This document shows positions 1 through 9,459 of a stretch of DNA of 64,000 nucleotides, piece after piece. Origin of the DNA: Geopsychrobacteraceae bacterium (lineage in GTDB: Bacteria > Desulfobacterota > Desulfuromonadia > Desulfuromonadales > Geopsychrobacteraceae). Every line of letters begins with the position of its first letter. The first letter of the stretch is position 1. Below the pieces are notes generated by a model, which was not told the origin of the DNA, searched no databases, and saw nothing but the letters and a program-made list of their open reading frames with translations. Location: positions 384,001 to 448,000 of the forward strand of contig CAXXTB010000001.1 in NCBI GenBank assembly GCA_963676795.2. Reading direction: 5' to 3'. The translations under genes were made by a program, and so were the position numbers.

Positions 1-888
1 ACAGCCGAGGAGATGACCGCTGCCGCCCATGAGGTGGCCGGTTCGATCGAACAGATCAGCCGCGGAGCCGAAACCCAGGCGGAGATGGTCGAGCGGGCCT
101 CCAAGGTCATCCGTGAAATGGCTGAACAGATCGAGCTGGTGACCAGCGTTGCCGGCAAGCTGTCGATCTCGTCCGAGGAGACCACCATCTCGGCCCGCCA
201 GGGGGAAGGGCTGACCGCCAAAGCGCTGGAAAACCTCAAAGACGTACTCAGTCAGATTGAAAACAATGCTGAATTGATCGTCGCTTTCAGCGAACAAGTG
301 CAGAAGATCGGTTCGATCATCGACGTCATCACCAACATCGCCCAGAAAACCAACCTGTTGGCTCTCAATGCCACCATCGAAGCGGCCCGGGCCGGAGAAT
401 ACGGCCACGGTTTTGCCGTTGTCGCCGAGGAGGTCAGCAAGCTTGCCGATAGCACCAGCGCCTCGGCAGGGGAGATCACCCGCTTGATCGAAACGACCCG
501 CGAGCAGAGCCAGAAGGTTCAGCAGTCGATGGCGGATAGCGTCAAGGCGATCGATGCCGGCCGTGAAGCAGTCGATATCACCGGCAGCGCTTTCAAGACC
601 ATTATCGACAAGGCGGAAACGGCCCAGGTCAAATCGGTGCATATCCGTGACCTGACCGAGAAACAGCGCAGCGGTGCCCAGGCCCTGGTTGTCGCCATCG
701 AAGAGATCGCCCGGGTTGCTGAGGACAACGCGGCTTCGACAGAGGAGGTGTCGGCCTCGACAGAGGAACAGACTGCCTCGATGGAAGAGATGACCTTCGC
801 CTCGCAACGCCTGTCCAAACTGGCCGATGAACTGCTGGTTTCGGTGAGCCAGTTTAATATGGGGGCCGTTCAGGAGCCCAAGGGATGA
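1..888 (+). CDS. Methyl-accepting chemotaxis protein, C-terminal signalling domain (5'-truncated by window edge; DifA-like)
   Basis: Hairpin-tip motif [33 protein letters not shown]; methylation-type helices ([19 protein letters not shown]); frame open to base 1. Confidence 0.95.
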   Translation, partial: TAEEMTAAAHEVAGSIEQISRGAETQAEMVERASKVIREMAEQIELVTSVAGKLSISSEETTISARQGEGLTAKALENLKDVLSQIENNAELIVAFSEQVQKIGSIIDVITNIAQKTNLLALNATIEAARAGEYGHGFAVVAEEVSKLADSTSASAGEITRLIETTREQSQKVQQSMADSVKAIDAGREAVDITGSAFKTIIDKAETAQVKSVHIRDLTEKQRSGAQALVVAIEEIARVAEDNAASTEEVSASTEEQTASMEEMTFASQRLSKLADELLVSVSQFNMGAVQEPKG

Positions 889-1316
889 GGCAGCTGCTCC
901 CTTTTTGCATCGGTGCGGAAAAATATGCGCTTGAGCTGTTCGATGTCCAGGAGATCGTCGAAAATGTCGTGATCTATCCTTTCCCCGGAGCTCCCGAGGT
1001 GGTCGCCGGGGCTATAGGGTTTCATGGCCGGATTGTTCCAGTGGTCAACCTGGCGCGGCTGCTCGGTGACCGGGAGTCGCCCCTCGGACAGCGGCTTATT
1101 GTGCTGACCAATGAACAGGGTCCGGTCGCCCTCGGCGTTTCAATGGTCCTGCCTGTGCAGAAACTCGAAGCGACAAGGGAGCAGTTGCCTGACGGAGATG
1201 CTGAGAATCCCTTCGTCAGTTGTTACCTCTATTGGGAAAATGACATGATCACGCTGTTTAACCTGCAGACGTTGCGCAGTCAGCTGGAGCTGCTGTGCGG
1301 CAGTACGGGAGTCTGA
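885..1316 (+). CDS. cheW: Chemotaxis coupling protein CheW
   Basis: [12 protein letters not shown]...[32 protein letters not shown] overlap with mcp stop. Confidence 0.88.
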   Translation: MRQLLPFCIGAEKYALELFDVQEIVENVVIYPFPGAPEVVAGAIGFHGRIVPVVNLARLLGDRESPLGQRLIVLTNEQGPVALGVSMVLPVQKLEATREQLPDGDAENPFVSCYLYWENDMITLFNLQTLRSQLELLCGSTGV

Positions 1317-1320
1317 GAGA

Positions 1321-1686
1321 GTGACCGGAAAAGTCCTCATCGTCGATGATGCACTGTTTATGCGCAATATGCTCAGGGATATATTTGAAGACGCCGGTTG
1401 GCTGGTTGTCGAGGTCGACAGCGGCGAGCAGGCGATCAGCTGTTATCGCGAAGAACAACCTGATCTGGTGACCATGGATATTGTCATGCCGGGGATGGGC
1501 GGAATCAGTGCTCTAGAAGCCTTGCTCCAGCGTAACCCGGAGGCGCGGGTCGTGGTCTGCAGCGCGCTGGGCCAGAAGAAGCTGATCATGGAAGCGATCA
1601 GCGCCGGAGCCAGAGATTTCATCGTCAAACCGTTTAAAAGCGAACAGGTCATAGAAGTAGCGGATCGTGTTGTTGGTAGCTCATAA
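1321..1686 (+). CDS. cheY: Chemotaxis response regulator CheY
   Basis: Stand-alone REC domain: VDDALFMR, DLVTMDIVMP, SALGQ, FIVKPF; GTG start. Confidence 0.92.
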   Translation: MTGKVLIVDDALFMRNMLRDIFEDAGWLVVEVDSGEQAISCYREEQPDLVTMDIVMPGMGGISALEALLQRNPEARVVVCSALGQKKLIMEAISAGARDFIVKPFKSEQVIEVADRVVGSS

Positions 1687-1733
1687 CAGGATCAGGACAC
1701 TCACTGATTCTGGTCTTAATCGGGTGGCAAGCG

Positions 1734-3560
1734 ATGGATATTGAAAAGTTTCGAGACATGTTCCTGGTCGAAGCAGCTGAACATCTGCAGAAGATGGCGC
1801 AGCTGCTGATCCAGCTGGATAATGATCAGCATGATGCTGACAACGTTGCGGCCCTGTTCCGTCAAGCGCATTCCATCAAGGGGATGGCCGCAACCATGGA
1901 GTATCACCAGATGGCGCGCCTGGCCCACCATCTGGAGGATGCCCTCGATGCTTGCCGGAAAGAGGGGACGATCAGCGAAAAGCTGCTGGATCGGGTTCTT
2001 GATGGCCTCGATCTGCTCGAAAAACTGCTTGAGGATATCCGCGAAGGGCGCACTGAGCGTGATATCGATGCGTTTCTGGCCAGCGAAGAGGTTATCATCG
2101 AACTGCCCGACGACGGCCTTGAGAGCGGCTTCAGGGCTGTTGGCCAAGGGCTGCTCGTTGAACTGCAGCTCAAGGAGTCGGTTGGGGCTGCCGGGCCACG
2201 TTATCTGGTTCTGCTCAAGCGCATGGCCGATTTCGGCCGGATTATCGAATCCCGGCCGAGCGAGGAGCTGCTGCTCGGCGGAGAGGTCCCGAAAAAACTG
2301 AGTATCCGCCTGGAAAGCGAACTTTCCGAAGAGGATATTCGGCAACGCCTGGAACGCTACAGCGAGCTCGACAGGGTCGTGTTTGTCAATGAAAGCCTCG
2401 AGGCCGAACAGCAGGTCCGAAAAAAGCCGGGCCATCAGACCCTGAGGGTCAACACGGAACTGCTTGACCACCTGATCAACCTGACCGGTGAACTGATTAC
2501 CAATCGCTATCATCTGCAGAGCGCCCTGCGCCAGCAGAGCTGGCAGGATATCGATGAAGGGGTCGGGCGGATGGCACGGCTGATCAAGAATCTCCACCAT
2601 CAGGTCCTCAAGGTGCGCATGGTCTCCCTCGATAACCTGATCGGCCGCCTCGCCCGCAGCGTTTTTGAACTGTCCCGTACCAGCGGCAAGCAGGTGCAGT
2701 TCAACGTCGACTGTGCCGACCTGGAACTGGACCGGACGATCGTCGACGAACTGCTCAGCCCGCTCACCCACATGGTTCGCAACGCCGTGGATCATGGCAT
2801 AGAGGAGCAGGGGACGGTCACCTTCAAGGCCTGGCGTGAGCGGGACCAGGTGCTGATCCAGGTTGCCGATGACGGGGCCGGTATCGATCCGCACAAGATC
2901 AGGGAAAAAGCCCTGGGTGCCGGGCTGATCAGCACCACTCAGGCGGACAACATGCGCGATATCGATCTCTATCAGCTGATCTGCAGTTCCGGATTTTCCA
3001 CGGCTGAAAAGGTGACGGAGGTGTCCGGCCGCGGCGTCGGCATGGACGTCGTCAAGACCGCCATAGAGAAGATCGGTGGGGTTCTGCTGATCGACTCGGC
3101 TGTCGGCGAAGGGACCCGGATCACCCTGAAACTGCCTCTGTCGATGGCGATCATTCGCGTGCTGCAGGTCGATTGCGGCGGGGTCTGCATGGCGATTCCG
3201 ATTACCCGGGTCATTCAGACTCTGGAAGTTGATCCACAGGAGATCAAAAGCAGTGGCAAACAGTTGCTGATCCCCTTCCAGGATGAATTGCTGCCGCTAT
3301 TGTCGTTGCGCAAAATGCTCAACCTGGCAAAGGGGGCGCGCCGCAATGCAATCGCTATCGTGGTCACCGAGGTGTTCGGCCGCCGGGTCGGATTGGTTGT
3401 CGACCGTCTGGTCGGCCAGCGGGAAATCTTTCTCCAGCGGCTGCCTGAGCCGTTCGAGCAGATTCGCGGTTGCAACGGGGCCACCATTCTTGGCGACGGG
3501 AGCATCGTCTTTCTTCTCGACCTCCAGTCGCTGCTGGAAAAGCGTCGCGCCGCGGCGTGA
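1734..3560 (+). CDS. cheA: Chemotaxis histidine kinase CheA
   Basis: Hpt AHSIKGMA; LTHMVRNAVDHGIE; DDGAGID; SGRGVGMDVV; C-terminal CheW domain. Confidence 0.96.
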   Translation: MDIEKFRDMFLVEAAEHLQKMAQLLIQLDNDQHDADNVAALFRQAHSIKGMAATMEYHQMARLAHHLEDALDACRKEGTISEKLLDRVLDGLDLLEKLLEDIREGRTERDIDAFLASEEVIIELPDDGLESGFRAVGQGLLVELQLKESVGAAGPRYLVLLKRMADFGRIIESRPSEELLLGGEVPKKLSIRLESELSEEDIRQRLERYSELDRVVFVNESLEAEQQVRKKPGHQTLRVNTELLDHLINLTGELITNRYHLQSALRQQSWQDIDEGVGRMARLIKNLHHQVLKVRMVSLDNLIGRLARSVFELSRTSGKQVQFNVDCADLELDRTIVDELLSPLTHMVRNAVDHGIEEQGTVTFKAWRERDQVLIQVADDGAGIDPHKIREKALGAGLISTTQADNMRDIDLYQLICSSGFSTAEKVTEVSGRGVGMDVVKTAIEKIGGVLLIDSAVGEGTRITLKLPLSMAIIRVLQVDCGGVCMAIPITRVIQTLEVDPQEIKSSGKQLLIPFQDELLPLLSLRKMLNLAKGARRNAIAIVVTEVFGRRVGLVVDRLVGQREIFLQRLPEPFEQIRGCNGATILGDGSIVFLLDLQSLLEKRRAAA

Positions 3561-3693
3561 AAACGCCGCTTGCGGTTGCCAATTGGCCGTCTTTTAACAG
3601 TCCCCGGCTGTTCAGCCGGGCAAAAATTTGTTAGGATCGCCGCACATAAGAGTTTTCCTTGCCGGTAAACCAACAAATTAAAAGAGGTGCAAG

Positions 3694-4449
3694 ATGCTTC
3701 GTTATTTCATGCTGATCTTTCTGGTCTGTCTCTGGCCCGGGATTTCAGCAGCAGATGACCTGTCCCTGGACAGTGTTGTCAGTGCCCTGCAGACTCCTTT
3801 CCAGTCAACAACAGCGGCAGAGCAGAGGATTCAGGATCTGCACGCCGATTTCAACCAGATCTCCCATATCGCTTCGATTGATCGCAGCCAGCGTGGTGCC
3901 GGGGAGGTCTATTTCCGTTTTATCGCCGGGGCTGCGCAGCCGGGTCAGCTCTGCCTGTTCCGCTGGGAATACAGTGTCCCGACCGAGCAGGAGATCATCT
4001 CCGACGGCACAACCCTGTGGGTCTACCAACCGGACAACCGGCAGGCGATCCGCAGTGACATCCGTCAGCTGGCTAAGGGGGGAAACCCTGTCATGTTCCT
4101 CGCCAGCCTCGGCCAGCTCAGCCGTGATTTTACCATCGGCTGGGGGAAGACGCCTGTCGATGAGCAGGGCAACTATCTACTTGAGCTGACCCCGAAGCAG
4201 CCGTCGCAGCTGATCAGCCTGATAGAGGTTCTGGTCAGTCACGAAGCGGTTGACAACTGGCGGAACAAAGCTGCCGGAAAGATCATCTTCCCGCTCAAAA
4301 TGACCCGGGTCACGGATGCGGGGGGTAACCTGACGACCATTGAATTCAGTCATGTCAGGGTCAATCAGCAGCTCAACGAGAAGTTGTTCAGCTTTGAGCT
4401 GCCCGAAGGGGTGGACCTGCTGGAATCGGCCGAGCAGCTGAATTTCTGA
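3694..4449 (+). CDS. lolA: Outer-membrane lipoprotein carrier protein LolA family
   Basis: Signal peptide; ADFNQ...GEVYF, FRWEY...QEIISDGTTLWVYQP, LFSFELPEGVD. Confidence 0.85.
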   Translation: MLRYFMLIFLVCLWPGISAADDLSLDSVVSALQTPFQSTTAAEQRIQDLHADFNQISHIASIDRSQRGAGEVYFRFIAGAAQPGQLCLFRWEYSVPTEQEIISDGTTLWVYQPDNRQAIRSDIRQLAKGGNPVMFLASLGQLSRDFTIGWGKTPVDEQGNYLLELTPKQPSQLISLIEVLVSHEAVDNWRNKAAGKIIFPLKMTRVTDAGGNLTTIEFSHVRVNQQLNEKLFSFELPEGVDLLESAEQLNF

Positions 4450-4476
4450 AATTTTCCAGCCGGGAACGTACCTGGG

Positions 4477-4508
4477 ACAGCTTCGGGCTTTGGCCTGAAG
4501 CTGTTTTT
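4477..4508 (+). terminator. Intrinsic terminator after lolA
   Basis: Stem ACAGCTTCGGGC-TTTG-GCCTGAAGCTGT followed by T run. Confidence 0.6.
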
Positions 4509-4556
4509 ATGTTATAAGTCTCCGATTCTGTGAGTTTTTTATCAAGGAGTTGCAAG

Positions 4557-5042
4557 ATGCCCAGTTTTGATATTGTTTCCAAAATCGACCTGCAGGAGGT
4601 CGACAACGCGGTCAACCAGGCGCTCAAGGAAGTCGGTCAACGCTATGATTTCAAGGGCACCCATAACGAGATCGAGCTTGATAAGGACAGCATCAAGATC
4701 CTTGCTGCCGACGAATACAAGCTGCAGGCGATCAAGGAGATCCTGATCGGCAAGCTGGTCCGGCGCAATGTCTCCCCCAAGTGCCTCGACTACGGCAAGG
4801 AGGAGTCTGCCTCCGGTGGTGCCGTCCGGGTCCGGGCTGCGCTGGTGCAGGGGATCAGCAAGGAGAAGGCCAAAGATATCATCAAGCTGATCAAGGACAG
4901 CAAGCTCAAGGTTCAGCCACAGATCATGGATGACCAGGTGCGCGTCAGCGGCAAGAAGATCGATGACCTGCAGGAAGTGATTCAGCTGCTTAAGAGCCAG
5001 GACGTCGGCATTGAGCTGCAGTTCGAAAATATGAGGTCTTAA
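4557..5042 (+). CDS. yajQ: YajQ family nucleotide/c-di-GMP-binding protein
   Basis: MPSFDIVS...DNAVNQA...RYDFKG...[12 protein letters not shown]...LQFENMR; AAGGAG before ATG 4557. Confidence 0.95.
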   Translation: MPSFDIVSKIDLQEVDNAVNQALKEVGQRYDFKGTHNEIELDKDSIKILAADEYKLQAIKEILIGKLVRRNVSPKCLDYGKEESASGGAVRVRAALVQGISKEKAKDIIKLIKDSKLKVQPQIMDDQVRVSGKKIDDLQEVIQLLKSQDVGIELQFENMRS

Positions 5043-5136
5043 CCTCAAGGTTGGTGAGTCAGGAGAACTCTGACGTTTTCAGGTTCCCGTTCCGGGAGCT
5101 GTCTTGGTAGCGCGATTTATGCAGTAAGGGCGTAGA

Positions 5137-6477
5137 GTGGAAAAATTGAATGTCAGTATGGTCAGCCTCGGCTGTCCGAAGAATCTGGTCGACGCGGAAG
5201 TCATGCTCGGGCAGCTGCCGCAGGACCGTTATCAGATCGTCACCGATGAGAGCCTTGCCGATATCATCATCGTCAATACCTGCTCTTTCATCAACGACGC
5301 CAAGGAAGAATCGATCGATACCATCCTGGAGATGGCCGATTACAAGCAGGACGGCAACTGCAAGATGCTGATCGTGACCGGCTGTCTGCCGCAGCGCTAC
5401 CAGGAGACCCTGCAGAAAGAACTGCCGGAGGTCGACATGTTTCTCGGGACGTCCGAAGGAGCCCGGATTGTTGAACTGATCGAACGTCATCTGCGCACCG
5501 GCGCCCCGGAGATCGAAATCGGCCGTCCCGACTACCTCTACGATCATCTGACCCCGCGGGTCAACTCCTCTCCGGCTTACACCAGCTACGTCAAGATCGC
5601 CGAAGGCTGTTCAAATCGCTGTTCCTACTGCGTTATTCCCCAGCTGCGCGGCAGTCTGCGCTCGCGCAGTATCGACTCGTTGGTGCAGGAATGCCGGGCG
5701 TTGGCCGAGCAGGGGGTGACCGAAATCAACCTGATCGCCCAGGACATCACGGCCTATGGGCGTGATCGTGAGGATGGCGCGACCCTGGAAAAACTGCTCA
5801 GGGAGTTGGTCAAGATCGACGGGATTGTCTGGCTCCGCTTGCTCTACGCCTATCCGGATGGGGTCACTGACGAGCTGATCGAGCTGATTGCAACGGAAGA
5901 GAAGATCTGTAACTACCTCGATCTGCCGCTCCAGCATATTGATGGCGAGATTCTCAAGCAGATGAACCGACGCCTCGATGAACAGGGGTTACGTGCTCTG
6001 GTGACCCGAATGCGCCAGCGGATTTCCGATATCACCCTGCGTACCTCCTTTATCGTCGGCTTTCCGGGAGAAACCCGTGAACAGTTTGATAAGCTGCTTA
6101 AGTTTGTCGAGGAAGGGCATTTCGAACGGGTCGGTGTCTTCCGTTATTCGCGTGAAGAGGGGACCCCGGCCGCCAAGATGGACAACCAGATCCCGGCCCA
6201 GACCAAGAAGAGCCGTCTCAACCGGCTGATGAAGGCCCAGGCCCGGGTCTCTTTCGCCAAAAACCGGGCTCTGCTCGGTACCACCCAGAAGGTCCTGGTC
6301 GAAGGTTACAGCGAGGAGACCGATTTGCTCCTCAAGGGGCGTAGTGAACGTCAGGCTCCCGATATCGACGGCCATTTCCTGATTACGTCCGGGCAGGCCA
6401 ATATCGGTGATTACGTCGATCTGAAGATTACCGATTCATCGGAATATGACCTGATCGGAGAGATGGTCGAGGACTGA
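5137..6477 (+). CDS. rimO: Ribosomal protein S12 methylthiotransferase RimO
   Basis: [18 protein letters not shown]; radical-[12 protein letters not shown]-terminal TRAM-like region with APDIDG. Confidence 0.95.
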   Translation: MEKLNVSMVSLGCPKNLVDAEVMLGQLPQDRYQIVTDESLADIIIVNTCSFINDAKEESIDTILEMADYKQDGNCKMLIVTGCLPQRYQETLQKELPEVDMFLGTSEGARIVELIERHLRTGAPEIEIGRPDYLYDHLTPRVNSSPAYTSYVKIAEGCSNRCSYCVIPQLRGSLRSRSIDSLVQECRALAEQGVTEINLIAQDITAYGRDREDGATLEKLLRELVKIDGIVWLRLLYAYPDGVTDELIELIATEEKICNYLDLPLQHIDGEILKQMNRRLDEQGLRALVTRMRQRISDITLRTSFIVGFPGETREQFDKLLKFVEEGHFERVGVFRYSREEGTPAAKMDNQIPAQTKKSRLNRLMKAQARVSFAKNRALLGTTQKVLVEGYSEETDLLLKGRSERQAPDIDGHFLITSGQANIGDYVDLKITDSSEYDLIGEMVED

Positions 6478-6480
6478 TCG

Positions 6481-7467
6481 ATGGGCAAGCGACCTCTGCT
6501 GGTCATAGCTTTGATTGTGCTGATCCTGATTGTCGCCTGGCTGCGTCATCCGGCGCAGGAGGGCTCCGTTTCAAGAACCGCCCTGATACTCGGCACCCTG
6601 GTCGAGATTACCGCCTACGGTGACGATCAGGATCTTCTCGATTCGGCCGTCACTGGCGCCTTTGCCGAGATGCAGCGGCTCGAGAAACTGCTGTCTACCC
6701 ATCTTCCCGACAGTGAAATCTCCCGGCTGAACACCAGCTCCGGGCCTCTCGAACTTACTGGCGAGACCAGGGCGCTGATTTCCCGTGGTGAAGAGATCGC
6801 GCGCTTAAGCGACGGTGCCTTTGAGATGGGGCTTGGCGGGGTCAAAGCCCTGTGGCAGATCGAATCGGATCAGCCGCGTATTCCAACGGATGCAGAACTT
6901 CATCTGGCTCTGATCGGCCTCGGGCCTGGAGATATCGTCATTCAGGGAAGCCTAGTCAGTCGGCGCAGCTCCGAGGTGCAGGTCGATCTGGGCGGGATTG
7001 CCAAGGGCTATGCCGCCGATCGCGCGCTTGAAGTGCTCAAGGATGCCGGAGTGGCCTCTGCAACCATCAACGCCGGCGGGGATATCGCGCTGATTGGCAC
7101 GCACAGCGGCAAGCCGTGGCGGATCGGCATTCAGCACCCGCGCCATCAGGACCAGATCCTTGTGACCCTGGAGGTCACCGATCAGGCGGTTGTGACCTCG
7201 GGGGATTACGAACGCTTCTTTGAACGTGAGGGTGTCCGTTACCATCATATCTTCGATCCGTCTACCGGGCACCCGGCCAGGCTCTGCCAGAGTGTCACCA
7301 TCGTTGCTAACGACGCTGAGACTGCTGATGGGCTGGCGACAGCGACCTTCGTCATGGGTCCGGAACTGGGTTTGGCCTTGCTTGAAGGTCTGCCGGATGT
7401 CGAAGGTCTGATCGTCACTGCCGATGGACAGCTGCTCAAGAGCTCTGGTTTGCCATGGCGGGATTAA
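6481..7467 (+). CDS. apbE: FAD:protein FMN transferase (ApbE family), membrane-anchored
   Basis: DLGGIAKGY, INAGGDI, WRIGIQHPR, TSGDYERFF, YHHIFDPSTG, ADGLATA; N-terminal TM. Confidence 0.93.
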   Translation: MGKRPLLVIALIVLILIVAWLRHPAQEGSVSRTALILGTLVEITAYGDDQDLLDSAVTGAFAEMQRLEKLLSTHLPDSEISRLNTSSGPLELTGETRALISRGEEIARLSDGAFEMGLGGVKALWQIESDQPRIPTDAELHLALIGLGPGDIVIQGSLVSRRSSEVQVDLGGIAKGYAADRALEVLKDAGVASATINAGGDIALIGTHSGKPWRIGIQHPRHQDQILVTLEVTDQAVVTSGDYERFFEREGVRYHHIFDPSTGHPARLCQSVTIVANDAETADGLATATFVMGPELGLALLEGLPDVEGLIVTADGQLLKSSGLPWRD

Positions 7468-7859
7468 GGGCATTAGGAAGCTGGTGGAAAAAACTGCCGG
7501 TCATCGACCGGCTGATCCTGACCTGTACCTGCCTGATCGCTTTCGGCTCCTTTGGACTTTTTGTCAATCTGCAGACAGGTCAGCGGGTCAGCGTCTATTC
7601 CGGCAGTGAGCTTATCTACAACGTTCCGCTCGATGAGGATAGTCTTCTCGAAGTCAGAGGACCCCTCGGGGTAACCGTCGTCAAAGTTGAAAATCACAGC
7701 GTGCGGATCTTGAGCTCACCCTGTCCTAACAAGACTTGCGTACGGTCGGGGGCTGTTGAACATGTCCACGATCTGATCGCCTGCCTGCCGAACCATGTGT
7801 TTGTCAAAATCGAGGGGGAAGAGAACCATGAGAGGGGCTATGACCTTCTCAGTCGCTGA
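7455..7859 (+). CDS. NusG domain II (DUF1312-type) membrane-anchored protein
   Basis: N-terminal TM; GPLG...SPCPNKTCV...IACLPNHVFVKI motif. Confidence 0.85.
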   Translation: MAGLRALGSWWKKLPVIDRLILTCTCLIAFGSFGLFVNLQTGQRVSVYSGSELIYNVPLDEDSLLEVRGPLGVTVVKVENHSVRILSSPCPNKTCVRSGAVEHVHDLIACLPNHVFVKIEGEENHERGYDLLSR

Positions 7860-8460
7860 GAACCGGAGTCTGACACGCGAACGCAGGCGGGTCATGCTCG
7901 CCCTGTTTATCGCTCTGGCGATTGCTGTGCATACCTTTGAGGTGCTGCTTCCCAATCCGATCCCCTGGTTCCGTATCGGCCTGGCCAATATCCTCGGCAT
8001 CTGCGCCCTGTTCAGTTTCGGCATCCGCGCCCTCTGGGCCGTGACCCTGTGCCGGATTGTCGGCGGCAGCCTGCTGGTCGGCAGCCTGTTTGCCCCCGGT
8101 TTTCTGCTCTCGCTGGGTGGCGGCCTCTGTGCCTGCCTGCTGATGAGCCTCGCTTACGCAGCGTTCAGGCGAACCATCGGTCCGGTCGGGGTGTCGCTGC
8201 TCGGTGCTTATGGTCATATCTGCGGCCAGCTACTGATCGCCTGGCTGGTGATCATCCGCCACTCGTCGCTGTGGATGCTGATCCCTTTCTTTCTGCTTTT
8301 CGCCCTGATTAGTGGTACCATTAACGGGATCGTCAGTGAATTTCTGCTCAGGGTTCTGATCCGGCATCCTGTTTTCGAAGCTGTAGAGGAGCCTTATGTT
8401 ACAGCTCTTGGCCATGCTGATGTCAGCCAATCTGAAATTAATAATATGGAGGAGTCATGA
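7840..8460 (+). CDS. Gx transporter family protein (so-called heptaprenyl diphosphate synthase component I)
   Basis: E..LPNPIPWFRIGLANI; GFLLSLGGG; VGVSLLGAYGHICGQL; several TM helices; follows apbE and NusG-II genes. Confidence 0.85.
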   Translation: MTFSVAENRSLTRERRRVMLALFIALAIAVHTFEVLLPNPIPWFRIGLANILGICALFSFGIRALWAVTLCRIVGGSLLVGSLFAPGFLLSLGGGLCACLLMSLAYAAFRRTIGPVGVSLLGAYGHICGQLLIAWLVIIRHSSLWMLIPFFLLFALISGTINGIVSEFLLRVLIRHPVFEAVEEPYVTALGHADVSQSEINNMEES

Positions 8461-9455
8461 AAGTTGTCTTGCCTGTTGCCGGTAAGGGGACGCGCCTGCG
8501 TCCGCATACTCATACCAAAGCCAAGTCGCTGGTCAATGTTGCCGGAAAGACGGTTCTGCAGCATATCATCGAACGACTGCAGCCTCTCAATGTTGAGGAA
8601 TATATCTTCATCACCGATGAAAACGGCGCACAGATTTCTGATTTCATGGCCCAGCAGTTTGCCGAACTGAACTGCAGCTATTATATTCAGCGGGAACGTC
8701 TGGGCCCGGCCCACGCAGTGGCCCTTGCCGCTCCTTCAATCAGTGAGGGGGATGAGTTGCTGATCGTTTTCAACGATACCATCTTCGTCACCGACCTGAC
8801 CCGCATTCCGCAGCTCTGTGAAGGGGCCGACGGTCTGATCTATTCCAAGGAGGTCGAGGACTATCAGCGTTTCGGGGTCAACGTCCTCAAGGGGGACTAT
8901 ATTGTCGATATGGTCGAAAAGCCGGAGACCCCGATCTCGCGGCTGGCGCAGGTCGGGCTCTACTACATGAAGGATGGCGCCGGCTTCATCAAGGCGATCG
9001 AAGCGACCATCGCTGCCGGTGAAACGGTTAAAGGGGAGTACTATCTGCCTGCCGTTTTCATGCGCATGATCGCTGAGGGGATGAAGTTCAAGGCTCCGGA
9101 GATCGATGCCTGGCTCGACTGCGGCAAACCGGAAACCCTGCTCGAGACCAACCGCTACCTGCTTAAGGGGCGCCATCACATTCACGGCGACGTCAAGGAC
9201 TGCGTGTTGATCGAGCCGGTACACGTCGAAGCCGGAGCCGTGGTGCGCAATTCGATCATCGGCCCGAACGTTTCCATCGCAGCCGGCAGCGAGATCGAGT
9301 TCAGCGTCATCAGTGATTCGATCATCAATACCGGTGACAAGGTCACTCACCTGGTACTCCACCAGTCGTTGCTCGGTGACCATGTTTCGTTGCTCGGTGC
9401 GCCGCGGCGGATGAACATCGGCGATCACTCGCTGATTATCATGGACCGCTCCTGA
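8457..9455 (+). CDS. Sugar-phosphate nucleotidyltransferase (glucose-1-phosphate thymidylyltransferase long-form-like)
   Basis: PVAGKGTRLRPHT..KAK; QRERLGPAHAV; VEKP; WLDCGKPE; C-terminal left-handed beta-helix. Confidence 0.88.
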   Translation: MKVVLPVAGKGTRLRPHTHTKAKSLVNVAGKTVLQHIIERLQPLNVEEYIFITDENGAQISDFMAQQFAELNCSYYIQRERLGPAHAVALAAPSISEGDELLIVFNDTIFVTDLTRIPQLCEGADGLIYSKEVEDYQRFGVNVLKGDYIVDMVEKPETPISRLAQVGLYYMKDGAGFIKAIEATIAAGETVKGEYYLPAVFMRMIAEGMKFKAPEIDAWLDCGKPETLLETNRYLLKGRHHIHGDVKDCVLIEPVHVEAGAVVRNSIIGPNVSIAAGSEIEFSVISDSIINTGDKVTHLVLHQSLLGDHVSLLGAPRRMNIGDHSLIIMDRS

Positions 9456-9459
9456 TCCC

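Noticed and set aside
1716..2894. 392-aa minus-strand ORF
   Set aside because: Antisense shadow of cheA; no motifs; expected from GC-rich codon bias
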